Source: a virus
Virus record (IMG/VR): IMGVR_UViG_3300045988_172415
DNA: 64,000 bases
Direction: 5' to 3' (one strand)
Below are positions 55,507 through 63,988 of the stretch, piece after piece. Under the pieces are notes generated by a model. The model saw nothing but the letters and a program-made list of their open reading frames with translations, ran no database searches and was not told the DNA's origin. The translations under genes were made by a program, and so were the position numbers. Each line of letters begins with the position of its first letter. The stretch's first letter is position 1.

Positions 55507-55529
55507 TATACTGGAACCGTCCACACAAA
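55507..55529 (+). promoter_or_regulatory. conserved promoter/operator module copy (variant)
   Basis: 'TATACTGGAACCGTCCACACAAA'. Its -10 overlaps the TGA stop of the ardC-N gene. Confidence 0.5.
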
Positions 55530-55563
55530 CAAGGGTTTGACCCATACAGAAAAAGGAAAAAGA

Positions 55564-55926
55564 ATGTACTCGAAAATCAGCGAAGACACCTACCGGAAAC
55601 TCATTGACAAGCTCGTCAAAATCCCATACGTGACCGGCGCACACGCCACCCACGCCATCTTCGGAGACGGAATCGAAGTCGCATTCCAATGCCCATACAT
55701 GGGCAAGATGTTCGAATACTATCTTGTGGCAGACTCGCAACATAACGGCAGACGTTCCTACCGTTGGAGTGGAGGAGTATACACGGTTTCGGTCGAGCAT
55801 TGGACTTTCGACGACGGGGAATACGCTCCCGTGGATTTGCCGTCGCACAAGCTGGAATCGTTGAACGTTGACGGACTGTATGACGCGATTGTGTCCGATT
55901 TAGACAAGGCCATGAGGGAATTGTAG
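55564..55926 (+). CDS. hypothetical protein (120 aa)
   Basis: Start after RBS AAAAAGGAAAAAG. Confidence 0.4.
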   Translation: MYSKISEDTYRKLIDKLVKIPYVTGAHATHAIFGDGIEVAFQCPYMGKMFEYYLVADSQHNGRRSYRWSGGVYTVSVEHWTFDDGEYAPVDLPSHKLESLNVDGLYDAIVSDLDKAMREL

Positions 55927-55936
55927 GAAAACGAAA

Positions 55937-56311
55937 ATGCGATTCACCGACGGTAGGGAAAAGCTGGAAATTGAAATCCACGAAGGTCAGCATTCTTGGG
56001 ATACGACGGTAGGATTCTTCGACCATTTGACGGCTCCCATTGTGAATGGGACTCGTCAGGCGGGAAACGTTCGCACTCTACTGACGAACGTGTACAACAG
56101 GATTCTAGGCATGTCCGGCTATCCCGCACCGGAAGCCGATACTCGGGCAATCTACACCATCACCGACTTGGCTGGTAACATTGTCGGGGAAGGTTTTTTC
56201 GCTTCGTCCGACAATCCGGACAACATGTATTGCATCGGTTGCGGTTGTCTGCTAACCGACGAAAACGAGAATCCGTGCGGGGACACCGGTTGGTGCGATG
56301 ACTGCTACTGA
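55937..56311 (+). CDS. hypothetical Cys-rich protein (124 aa, C-terminal CxxC...CxxC)
   Basis: ORF with 'CIGCGC...CGDTGWCDDC', suggestive of a zinc ribbon. Confidence 0.4.
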   Translation: MRFTDGREKLEIEIHEGQHSWDTTVGFFDHLTAPIVNGTRQAGNVRTLLTNVYNRILGMSGYPAPEADTRAIYTITDLAGNIVGEGFFASSDNPDNMYCIGCGCLLTDENENPCGDTGWCDDCY

Positions 56312-56323
56312 AAGTAGAAAAAA

Positions 56324-56488
56324 ATGAGCAACCACGACTGGATTAACACCGGCAATGCCAACAAGAACAACACTCACAGGGAAAACCGTTCCACTCACAT
56401 CGAATGGGATGCAGGTAGCGCTTGGAATCCGCAAGCCAAGAAACGAAACAAATATGGCAGACGCAACACCGACTTGTGCGACGAATAA
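56324..56488 (+). CDS. small basic protein (54 aa, below the track cutoff)
   Basis: ATG after an A-rich RBS (GAAAAAAATG). Basic and Asn-rich. Confidence 0.25.
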   Translation: MSNHDWINTGNANKNNTHRENRSTHIEWDAGSAWNPQAKKRNKYGRRNTDLCDE

Positions 56489-56580
56489 AAGTCGGTAAAA
56501 AAGTCTATTATTGAGCGCGATTGCGCTGGTGTTTCAGACAAAGTTCTGAAGCCTCGCGAAATCGAATAATAAGCCAAGAA

Positions 56581-56620
56581 TGCCTGTGGAAAATCGTTAC
56601 CCACAGGCTTTTTCTTTTCA
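56581..56620 (+). terminator. hairpin plus T-tract immediately upstream of the 56640 gene (terminator/attenuator-like)
   Basis: Stem GCCTGTGG...CCACAGGC followed by TTTTTCTTTTCAATTTTT, then the RBS GGAAGGAG. Confidence 0.4.
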
Positions 56621-56639
56621 ATTTTTGGAAGGAGCACGA

Positions 56640-56855
56640 ATGCCCCACTATTTTTTGGATGCAGCCAATAATGCGACAGAACTTCCCTTCGCAGACTTAG
56701 ACTCCGTCCAGTCGATTCTGAACACCATGCCTACTCTGGCTCCGGAAGCACCCGTATTGGCTTGCGAAATTTTGGACGCGTGGGCAGAGGATTGCAGGAT
56801 TCTGCGCCGCCGTCCGAAACTGGTGTTGCTGAATGTCGAGGAGCCGGAATTCTGA
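56640..56855 (+). CDS. small hypothetical protein (71 aa)
   Basis: Start after RBS GGAAGGAG. Confidence 0.4.
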   Translation: MPHYFLDAANNATELPFADLDSVQSILNTMPTLAPEAPVLACEILDAWAEDCRILRRRPKLVLLNVEEPEF

Positions 56856-56900
56856 ATGTGGGGAGGGGGATTTTTCTTCTTCACGCCACTCCGGTTGTGT

Positions 56901-56923
56901 TAGAGTGAGATAGTCCACACCAA
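56901..56923 (+). promoter_or_regulatory. divergent copy of the promoter/operator module
   Basis: 'TAGAGTGAGATAGTCCACACCAAA'. Confidence 0.35.
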
Positions 56924-56936
56924 AGAAGGAAAACCA

Positions 56937-57182
56937 ATGACCTTAAAAGAACTCCCCTACCAAGACGGAATTAACTGGAAGGAACTCGAAGGCAAGCCCG
57001 CAATTTTCAACTGGAACGGCAAACCCATGGCCGGAACCCTCTACTTGGACGGTTTTAGCAATCTCGCCGTTCGAGAACTGTCCGGCTATATGCCGGTTTT
57101 ATATGTTTGGCCGGATGATACGACTCATGTCAATGTCGAGTGTGTGACGGATTTTCATGTGTTCAGTTTCGTTGAGGATTGA
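56937..57182 (+). CDS. small hypothetical protein (81 aa)
   Basis: Start after RBS AAGGAAAACCA. Confidence 0.4.
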   Translation: MTLKELPYQDGINWKELEGKPAIFNWNGKPMAGTLYLDGFSNLAVRELSGYMPVLYVWPDDTTHVNVECVTDFHVFSFVED

Positions 57183-57612
57183 CGTAGTTCGGGATGCTGA
57201 AACTGCGGCTTCTATTCCTATTCCGGAGATAATCCGAACGTATTATCCCGGCTTTGATACGTGGTTCGACCGCACGGTTCTCCCCTCCTTGGGGAAAGAC
57301 CGTGCGATTCTTTTAGCCCGCACGGATGATGGGTTGGCGGGGTTTTGCGTTCTCAAGAGAACTTCATCGGAACGGAAGATTTGCACTTTATGCGTTTACG
57401 AGGGCTTTCGGAATCGAGGAGTCGGTTCCGCTCTGGTCGAATATGCGTTGGGTTTGCTGTGCGAGCAGTTTCCTCTGGTGACGGTGCCGGAGGAACTGTT
57501 GCCGGTGTATGAGGGTTTCTTCCGTCGTTTTGGTTTTCGTTTGTCTGGCTCGCGTGTGGGTTTGTATCGAGGTGGGAAGAAGGAGTTCTTTTTTAATCGA
57601 ACGCTGGCTTAG
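57157..57612 (+). CDS. GNAT-family N-acetyltransferase
   Basis: Acetyl-CoA binding motif A 'VYEGFRNRGVGSALV'. The start is uncertain because it overlaps the upstream gene. Confidence 0.55.
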   Translation: MCSVSLRIDVVRDAETAASIPIPEIIRTYYPGFDTWFDRTVLPSLGKDRAILLARTDDGLAGFCVLKRTSSERKICTLCVYEGFRNRGVGSALVEYALGLLCEQFPLVTVPEELLPVYEGFFRRFGFRLSGSRVGLYRGGKKEFFFNRTLA

Positions 57613-57646
57613 GTTTTCGTGTTGCGTTTTTCTACCCCCCTTGTGT

Positions 57647-57670
57647 TATAGTGGGATTGTTCACAACAAA
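57647..57670 (+). promoter_or_regulatory. promoter/operator module copy (variant)
   Basis: 'TATAGTGGGATTGTTCACAACAAA'. Confidence 0.45.
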
Positions 57671-57701
57671 AACAAAGACAAAAACCAAAAAGGAGGACGC
57701 A

Positions 57702-58073
57702 TTGAATCAAGCAACTAAATTCGGCAAACGAATCCTCTTCGATGACCACCCAACTCGCGCGGTGTTCGACACTGAGGAACTGCCAACAGATGATTCCTAT
57801 GCGCTTTATCGCGTGTATCTGCGTTCTTGGCAACGGCATTCCTGCCGACCGGGAACCGAGGATACTCCCATGTTCGACGTGATATGCCCTGCAAGATGGT
57901 GCCGTTGGATTGTCCACGTCAGCATTCTGAACTATTTGGACGGCATAGGCTGGCTGGCTTGGCCGGTGGAAGGTGGCGTCAGCTGGCGGCATAGGACAAT
58001 CGACCCTTATTCCGTCCACTATTCCACCGATACACATATTCCGGTAATCGACCTGCGCGAAAGCGAAGAATAG
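57702..58073 (+). CDS. hypothetical protein (TTG start, 123 aa, Trp-rich)
   Basis: TTG 14 nt after RBS AAAGGAGGAC. The track ORF starts at 57651 (a GTG inside the promoter module). Confidence 0.35.
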   Translation: MNQATKFGKRILFDDHPTRAVFDTEELPTDDSYALYRVYLRSWQRHSCRPGTEDTPMFDVICPARWCRWIVHVSILNYLDGIGWLAWPVEGGVSWRHRTIDPYSVHYSTDTHIPVIDLRESEE

Positions 58074-58081
58074 GAGAGAAC

Positions 58082-58477
58082 ATGTTCGACACTCAGAACA
58101 CGCCCCGATTCTTGACCATAGGCGTCACCTACACGAAGCATCAGAACAATGCGGCGCTTAGCATGAGTCCCGCCGAAGATTCGACCATGCGCCGACTGGG
58201 GTTCACTGACCACCGTGAGGGGTATTGGTACCTCTGCTGTTCAGTCTCCCCCGACCATGACATGACATTGAATGTCGAGATTGCCAAGGACGGTAGCGAC
58301 TGGCAGATAGACGTGTTGGACGAGAACTTCTGCCAACCCTACGACTACCAGTATTTACTCAACGTGAACCCGACGTTGGATTATCCCAACAAGGTGGCTG
58401 ACGAATGCGAGAAATGGTTCCGGAAACTATCCGAATGGGGTTTGCTACACGGCTGGCATGAGGGAATGTACGTCTGA
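58082..58477 (+). CDS. hypothetical protein (131 aa)
   Basis: Start after RBS AGGAGAGAACATG. Confidence 0.4.
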   Translation: MFDTQNTPRFLTIGVTYTKHQNNAALSMSPAEDSTMRRLGFTDHREGYWYLCCSVSPDHDMTLNVEIAKDGSDWQIDVLDENFCQPYDYQYLLNVNPTLDYPNKVADECEKWFRKLSEWGLLHGWHEGMYV

Positions 58478-58502
58478 AAAAACAGAAAGGAAAAACAAAA
58501 AA

Positions 58503-58772
58503 ATGAGCATTCTCAACGAGGAATTGGAAGAACGGTATCCCATCGAGGAAGGCGATTGCATCACGCTCACACGGGAACAGTTGGCGTTACAGTTGCGTCG
58601 CGCATACAAGGCGGGTGCGACCCGCGACTATAAGCGCACTCCGCACGGGCATACGGAACTGGTGGAGATTATCGGAAACCTCCAAGACTCCCACTTATTG
58701 CCTGATGGCACGGACTTCGAGGATGTCGTAAGAACAGTTCTGGACGGGCGTGTCAAGGCCATCACCAAATAG
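58503..58772 (+). CDS. hypothetical protein (89 aa)
   Basis: Start at the internal Met after an A-rich RBS. Confidence 0.35.
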   Translation: MSILNEELEERYPIEEGDCITLTREQLALQLRRAYKAGATRDYKRTPHGHTELVEIIGNLQDSHLLPDGTDFEDVVRTVLDGRVKAITK

Positions 58773-58776
58773 GCGT

Positions 58777-58798
58777 TATACTAGAAACGTCCACACAT
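58777..58798 (+). promoter_or_regulatory. promoter/operator module copy (variant)
   Basis: 'TATACTAGAAACGTCCACACAT'. Confidence 0.45.
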
Positions 58799-58822
58799 TC
58801 ACTTATCCAAGGAGACCACACC

Positions 58823-59407
58823 ATGAGCTGGGACAAATACCAAAGTCGAGACCCCAGAAGAATCGACCCAATGAAAACACCACTCTACGATTACGTGGTC
58901 TTGGATACCGAAACCACCGGCTTCAAACCCGAAAACGGGGCTAAACTCATCGAAATCGGAGCCGTGAAAATCCATGACGGAAAACTCGTAGACCGATACG
59001 AGCAACTGATTGACCCACACCAGCCAATCCCCGAATACATCACCTCGCTCACCGGAATCAACGACAGCATGGTCATCGGACAACCCGACGTAAGCCAAGC
59101 CATCATCCGATTCGACAAGTGGCTTGGCCCGCGAACCATCATCATGGCGCATAACGCGTCATTCGATTTAAGTTTCTTGGACGCGGCCATGAAAACCGTG
59201 AACGGTGGAATGTTCTTCTTTCCACACCGGTTCGTGGACACGTTGGAAATGAGCCGGAAAATCCATCCCGAAAAGCCAAGCCATAAGGTTGCCGTGCTTA
59301 TCCGCGACTATGGTATCGGTGACGTGGAAGAGCATCGCGCCTTGTCCGACGCGACTCAGGAAAACATGCTGTATGAAGCCATGCGCAGAGAGGAATTTGG
59401 CCGCTAA
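58823..59407 (+). CDS. DnaQ-like 3'-5' exonuclease (DEDDh family, DNA pol III epsilon-like)
   Basis: Exo I 'VVLDTETTGF', Exo II 'IMAHNASFDLSFL', and Exo III with 'HRALSDA'. Confidence 0.7.
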   Translation: MSWDKYQSRDPRRIDPMKTPLYDYVVLDTETTGFKPENGAKLIEIGAVKIHDGKLVDRYEQLIDPHQPIPEYITSLTGINDSMVIGQPDVSQAIIRFDKWLGPRTIIMAHNASFDLSFLDAAMKTVNGGMFFFPHRFVDTLEMSRKIHPEKPSHKVAVLIRDYGIGDVEEHRALSDATQENMLYEAMRREEFGR

Positions 59408-59665
59408 ATGGGATACGAGGACATGTTCAGTCCCGAATGCAGGGACTATCTGAAATCACGCAAGCCGTCGCAACGGGAGCGGGAGATAGCGAAGCTTGAG
59501 AAACAGGCCGACAAGAAGCATGACATGTATGGCAACAAAACCCTCTACGAAGTCTCAGGAGAGGTTGCGGCCATCTACGAAAGCCAGAAGGCGTTGCGCT
59601 TGAGGTTGGAAAGCATCGAGGAAAAACTGGACGAACTCTTAAGGACTCAGAAAGGACTGGGGTGA
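59408..59665 (+). CDS. small coiled-coil protein (85 aa)
   Basis: TAAATG overlap with the upstream stop. Confidence 0.4.
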   Translation: MGYEDMFSPECRDYLKSRKPSQREREIAKLEKQADKKHDMYGNKTLYEVSGEVAAIYESQKALRLRLESIEEKLDELLRTQKGLG

Positions 59666-60231
59666 GAAACCTTCTTACATGCCCATGCTGTAACAGCATT
59701 CCCGAATTTAAGTATCGGGCTAAATCTGAACTCCACTGCACTTGGGACGACGAGCAATATTTTCTGCCGAAAGGTTGGGGATACTCCCACTTTTGTCCAG
59801 TGGATAATGGTTTGCAAACATCTGGCGGAGTCGGCTTCCAAACCTTGCACGACGCACAGCGCGACTGGAACTGTAAGGTTGGAAGTTTTCTCCGTAACCC
59901 GCTGAACAGTTTCCACTCGTCCATCGAGACCGGTGCGGAACTGCTGACCGAATTAGATGATTGTTTCGTTGGGCAGCGAATTCAGCTTGGCGACCGGATA
60001 TTATTGAGTCGGCGTTCTCTAACCGTTCGAGGTATCGTGCAGTTCATCCAACGGGACAGTGTTGGCGAAATCAGCGTCATCCTGCGGGATACGGACACCA
60101 TCAAGTATGTGATTTATTCGCCGGTCTGGGAGCGTCGGAAGTACATGTTCTCGTATTATATCGAAAGGCGAATGCATTGGATAAAAAAGCCGAAAGGCTC
60201 CTCTGCGACGCATACCATCGTGGACGCTTAG
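59662..60231 (+). CDS. hypothetical Cys-rich protein (189 aa, GTG start)
   Basis: ORF whose 3' end overlaps a protein-like alternative frame, so a frameshift or overlapping gene is possible. Confidence 0.35.
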   Translation: MRNLLTCPCCNSIPEFKYRAKSELHCTWDDEQYFLPKGWGYSHFCPVDNGLQTSGGVGFQTLHDAQRDWNCKVGSFLRNPLNSFHSSIETGAELLTELDDCFVGQRIQLGDRILLSRRSLTVRGIVQFIQRDSVGEISVILRDTDTIKYVIYSPVWERRKYMFSYYIERRMHWIKKPKGSSATHTIVDA

Positions 60232-60380
60232 CGGAGGTTAACGAACATAATCAGGACGCGGCTATGTCCCTTATAGATAACGGGTATGCCGACTATTGGC
60301 GTACTCTGTTGGGACACGAGGACATCAGGCTGACCGACCATGGGCTTGGTGCCGCACGGAGGTTGGAGTCGGATTACTGA
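60177..60380 (+). CDS. possible small protein (TTG start) or the frameshifted continuation of the 59662 gene
   Basis: The track's 59961–60380 ORF looks protein-like only in its last ~70 codons. TTG at 60177 has an AAAGG 7 nt upstream. Confidence 0.25.
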   Translation: MDKKAERLLCDAYHRGRLAEVNEHNQDAAMSLIDNGYADYWRTLLGHEDIRLTDHGLGAARRLESDY

Positions 60381-60408
60381 GTTCTTAGCGTTTTCCAAAT
60401 CTCTATTG

Positions 60409-60431
60409 TTACACTGGAACAGTGGGCACAA
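60409..60431 (+). promoter_or_regulatory. divergent copy of the promoter/operator module
   Basis: 'TACACTGGAACAGTGGGCACAAT'. Confidence 0.3.
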
Positions 60432-60470
60432 TATTGTGCTCGCTGTTTTTCTTTTTTAGGAGGAGCCGGA

Positions 60471-60731
60471 ATGTCCCAGCATAGCGACAAAAGCCACAAG
60501 AACAAGAAGGTCGTGGTCATTGAGAAGGTGCGGGACAAGTATGGTTCCGTCATCGCTTTGAAGGTTGTATTGTATCGTCGGCATGATAGTGAGAATGGGA
60601 AGGTTTGGGATATGAAGCGTTCTCATACGTTCAGTGCGGCTTTCAGTCGTCGTGCTTGTAGGGAACAGGCGAAGACGTTGGCTCGTCAGTGGGCTGATAA
60701 GTATGGTGCGAAGGTTGTGAAGAGGGGGTAG
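60471..60731 (+). CDS. small basic protein (86 aa)
   Basis: Start after RBS TAGGAGGAGCC. Confidence 0.45.
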   Translation: MSQHSDKSHKNKKVVVIEKVRDKYGSVIALKVVLYRRHDSENGKVWDMKRSHTFSAAFSRRACREQAKTLARQWADKYGAKVVKRG

Positions 60732-60754
60732 TTGCCCTCTTTAATGGTTTATGT

Positions 60755-60778
60755 TATACTGGGGGTGTTCACATAAAA
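60755..60778 (+). promoter_or_regulatory. promoter/operator module copy (variant)
   Basis: 'TATACTGGGGGTGTTCACATAAAA'. Confidence 0.5.
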
Positions 60779-60803
60779 AACCATTCCAAAAAAGGAGAAC
60801 ACC

Positions 60804-60884
60804 ATGAAAAAACATCGACCCATACGAACTCATGCACGATTGGGATTGGAATACTGCCGTATTACTACTTCCTTTTGCTGAACA
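60804..60884 (+). CDS. 26-codon upstream ORF/leader peptide containing the 'GATTGGGATTGGAATACTGCCGTAT' motif
   Basis: Strong RBS AAAAGGAGAACACC then ATG. It encodes MKKHRPIRTHARLGLEYCRITTSFC and ends 19 nt before the RBS of the 60904 gene. Confidence 0.3.
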
Positions 60885-60903
60885 GTAAGAGGAGACGGAC
60901 ATC

Positions 60904-61530
60904 ATGCACAGCTTATACAAGACCGCAGGTAAATGCACTCTCAACCGAAACAAAGTGCGTTACCCCAACCAAAAGGAAGCCCAACTCGCCTTGGCCGTCA
61001 TCAAAGGACGAGGAAATCCGAAACACACTGAGAAACGCGCATACCATTGCCCCGTCTGCCACGGATGGCATCTGACCAGCGCCGAAACCGTGAACGACAC
61101 CATCCTGTCCGGGAGCGTGCTCCAACACACCAATCCAGACGCGTTCGACACAGGAATGAAAGCGTTCCTCTCTGGTTCCAAACGCGGCAAATATTCCGCA
61201 AGCAAAGCCAGCCTGACCCGACGTGTCCGACATTTGCTCCACTTGTTCGCGGCTAACGATATTCCGAAGGACTCTTGGGACAATCCATGGTTGTGGGCAA
61301 CTCTTAGATTCCAAGTCATGTGGAGGGGCGGAGACCAGAAGGCCGAACAGCTTCTATCCACTTCGAAAAAAACGGTCAAAATGGCGGGCGACATGCTCAC
61401 CGAAGACAAGGAGCCGTTCCTTCGCGTGGCTGAAACCCGGAAGGAAGCACAGAAATTACAGAATACACCACTACCGGCATGGTTGGCCGTCGCACTGATG
61501 GCCGACAAGGGAAAGGAGCAGAAAGTTTGA
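60904..61530 (+). CDS. hypothetical protein with an N-terminal Cys4 cluster (208 aa)
   Basis: Start after RBS AAGAGGAGACGG. Contains 'CPVCHGWH'. Confidence 0.45.
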   Translation: MHSLYKTAGKCTLNRNKVRYPNQKEAQLALAVIKGRGNPKHTEKRAYHCPVCHGWHLTSAETVNDTILSGSVLQHTNPDAFDTGMKAFLSGSKRGKYSASKASLTRRVRHLLHLFAANDIPKDSWDNPWLWATLRFQVMWRGGDQKAEQLLSTSKKTVKMAGDMLTEDKEPFLRVAETRKEAQKLQNTPLPAWLAVALMADKGKEQKV

Positions 61531-61706
61531 ACGAAAACGAACTGAAAGAAAGGGCCGTACACTCATTGCTCCAATCGAAGCTTGGTAAAGTCGCCCCGGC
61601 GGAAGCGTTTGTCATCGGATGGCGGAAAGGCTGGGACGAGGCTATCGACATGGCTTTGGAAATCCTTCGCAATGAACTCGATAAAGATGGCGAGAACGAA
61701 TCGTGA
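61527..61706 (+). CDS. small protein (59 aa, TTG start overlapping the upstream stop)
   Basis: RBS GGGAAAGGAGCAG then TTG; in frame with the track ORF 61479–61706. Confidence 0.3.
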   Translation: MNENELKERAVHSLLQSKLGKVAPAEAFVIGWRKGWDEAIDMALEILRNELDKDGENES

Positions 61707-61975
61707 TTTGTTCCAAATACACATGCATGTTGTGCGGAAGAGTCACCGACTTGGACACCGGCTACAAGTACATCATCTCCGTCGTCCAAACAGGCGGTCA
61801 CGGTCGATGCTCATACGCTCGAACATTGGTCATCTGCCAGCATTGCATGCGCACGCATAAAACCGTCATGACCTTGCAACGCAAATCCTTGAATGAGGAA
61901 AACGTTCTTGAATTCCACAGACCACCGAAAACCCGAAAAACGTCCACCAAGAAAACCAGCGAGAAGAAAGGCTGA
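61703..61975 (+). CDS. small zinc-ribbon-like protein (90 aa; CxxC...CxxC)
   Basis: GTG start overlapping the upstream TGA. Contains 'CMLCGR...CQHCMRTH'. Confidence 0.4.
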   Translation: MICSKYTCMLCGRVTDLDTGYKYIISVVQTGGHGRCSYARTLVICQHCMRTHKTVMTLQRKSLNEENVLEFHRPPKTRKTSTKKTSEKKG

Positions 61976-61983
61976 ACCGTTTT

Positions 61984-62871
61984 ATGGACACCAGTGAAAA
62001 GCAGATTATCGGAGAGAACGCCAAATACGTTTCCGACACCATCCCGCAGGAAACCAAGGATGGGCTTCGCACTCATTTGAAGCCCGGATACGCCATGCCG
62101 GACGGCACCCATTATGCGACAGGCAAGGATTATACGGAGTTGATGCGCAATCTGCGCAATATCCGATACTGCGGTTGTCCGCTATGCCATGACACGCAGT
62201 CCGGATTGGAAACCATTCTCGCAACCAGCGGCATGACCGTCCGTGAGATTGCCGAGGAAATCGCATGCGACGAATACGATTCGTATTCCGTTGACGAAAT
62301 CCGCGACCTCGACCCGGAACAGTTGAAGCCAGTGGACGAGATTATCGAGGATATCAACCGTTGGAGCCACGACCAGCATGCGCTCGAACACGCTTCCTTC
62401 GGCACCGTCAGGCTTCTATCCGTCTACTTGAACGTCAGCCTCGACCAAATGTACGACGAATTGGATTATCAGACGCTCATCTACACGCCATGGGAGGAGG
62501 ACTCCCACATTCACGGCTATGTGACGGTCATCCGTTACAAGGACGGAAAGTATGAGGTGGATGTTCCGGAATGCCGATACCAGTGCGACGAAACGTATTG
62601 GAACGCGCGTCGCAAGATGGAAGAATCCAACACTCCCCTCACGTTGGATGTTCTGCGTAGCGAGCCGTGGAGCAAGGAGCATCGCACTCCCGTGGCATTG
62701 CCGGAACAGTATCGTGGCAAACAGTATCATCTGGGAGACCCTTACAGCCTGTCAACTTTGCTGGACAAGCTGGCCTCACATGATGTTCCGGTGGACGAGA
62801 GGGTTCTTATCGCCCTCGAACTGGAGGAACAATTCCCGTTGCGGTTGACTCCACTGTCCGAAAAGGACTGA
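61984..62871 (+). CDS. hypothetical protein (295 aa)
   Basis: ORF. Confidence 0.45.
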   Translation: MDTSEKQIIGENAKYVSDTIPQETKDGLRTHLKPGYAMPDGTHYATGKDYTELMRNLRNIRYCGCPLCHDTQSGLETILATSGMTVREIAEEIACDEYDSYSVDEIRDLDPEQLKPVDEIIEDINRWSHDQHALEHASFGTVRLLSVYLNVSLDQMYDELDYQTLIYTPWEEDSHIHGYVTVIRYKDGKYEVDVPECRYQCDETYWNARRKMEESNTPLTLDVLRSEPWSKEHRTPVALPEQYRGKQYHLGDPYSLSTLLDKLASHDVPVDERVLIALELEEQFPLRLTPLSEKD

Positions 62872-62932
62872 CATTTTTCGGGGAGGAGCCGATATCATCT
62901 TCTCCCCTCTTACTGTTAGAAAGGAAAACCTG

Positions 62933-63988
62933 ATGGTTAGAAAAATGGTAAGCGTTCAAAAGATTGAGGGAGTGTACCCTATCGAGAACGCAGACCGTAT
63001 CGAGAAGGCTCGCATTGGCGGATGGATTGTCGTAGTAGGCAAGGACATGGGATTAAAGCCCGGCGACCATGTGGCATATTTCGAAATCGACTCCATGCTG
63101 CCCGCCGACGACCCACGGTATGCGGAATTGCAGAAACGTGGGCAGCGTACCGTGCCAGTGTCCAACACGATTACCGGCGAAGGACGCGAAATCACCGGAC
63201 ATGTGTTGAAGACCGCAAGACTGCGAGGCGTATACAGTCAGGGTTTGGTCATGCCGCTCTCGGCTATTGGCGTGCCGGAGGATACTCCAGTCGGCACCGA
63301 CGTCACCTTGCAGGCGAACGTGTGGAAATTCGAGGAACTACCGCCTTTGAAAGGCGGGGATATGGTTGGCGCTTTCAACGCGCCATGCTCCAAGTCCGAC
63401 GCTACGCGAGTGCAGAATCTCACCGCGTATTGGGATGAAATCAGGCGGATTGCGTGGACTCCGACCGTGAAGGTGGATGGTACCAGCACCACAATCTACC
63501 GTGATATGGATGATATGGTTCACGTCTACTCTCGCAATTGGGAGTTGAAGCCGGAATGCACGAACATGCAGGTGGCGGTGAAAACCGGATTGGTTGACGC
63601 GTTGGAGAAAGGCATGGTCTGCCAGTTCGAGCTGTGCGGTCCAAGTGTCAACGGCAACAGGTTGAAGCTGGCGTCCTATCGTCCATTCGTGTTCGCCGTA
63701 TGGCGTGACAATATGAAACTCGACCGTAGGGATTGGCCGAAAGCCATGCTTGACAACGCCGTCCCACTGTTGGATGAGACCGAGTGGAAGCCGACCGGCG
63801 ATGTGATGGACATGATTGCGAAAGTGGACGGTTTGCGCGGCAATGTGACTCCGAACCTGTTGGACGAGGGTATCGTCTGGCATGCGAAAGAGGATGAACA
63901 GTTGAGCGATGAACTATTCAACGAGTTGGGCCGTAATCGTTGCTTTAAAATCATCAACAATAAGTATCTAACCAAGCATGGTCTTTGA
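62933..63988 (+). CDS. RNA ligase/nucleotidyltransferase-family protein (KxDG motif I)
   Basis: Motif I 'TVKVDGTSTTIY' (KxDGxS). The N-terminus 'VQKIEGVYPIENADRIEKARIGGWIVVV' fits an RNA-ligase-like fold. Confidence 0.45.
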   Translation: MVRKMVSVQKIEGVYPIENADRIEKARIGGWIVVVGKDMGLKPGDHVAYFEIDSMLPADDPRYAELQKRGQRTVPVSNTITGEGREITGHVLKTARLRGVYSQGLVMPLSAIGVPEDTPVGTDVTLQANVWKFEELPPLKGGDMVGAFNAPCSKSDATRVQNLTAYWDEIRRIAWTPTVKVDGTSTTIYRDMDDMVHVYSRNWELKPECTNMQVAVKTGLVDALEKGMVCQFELCGPSVNGNRLKLASYRPFVFAVWRDNMKLDRRDWPKAMLDNAVPLLDETEWKPTGDVMDMIAKVDGLRGNVTPNLLDEGIVWHAKEDEQLSDELFNELGRNRCFKIINNKYLTKHGL

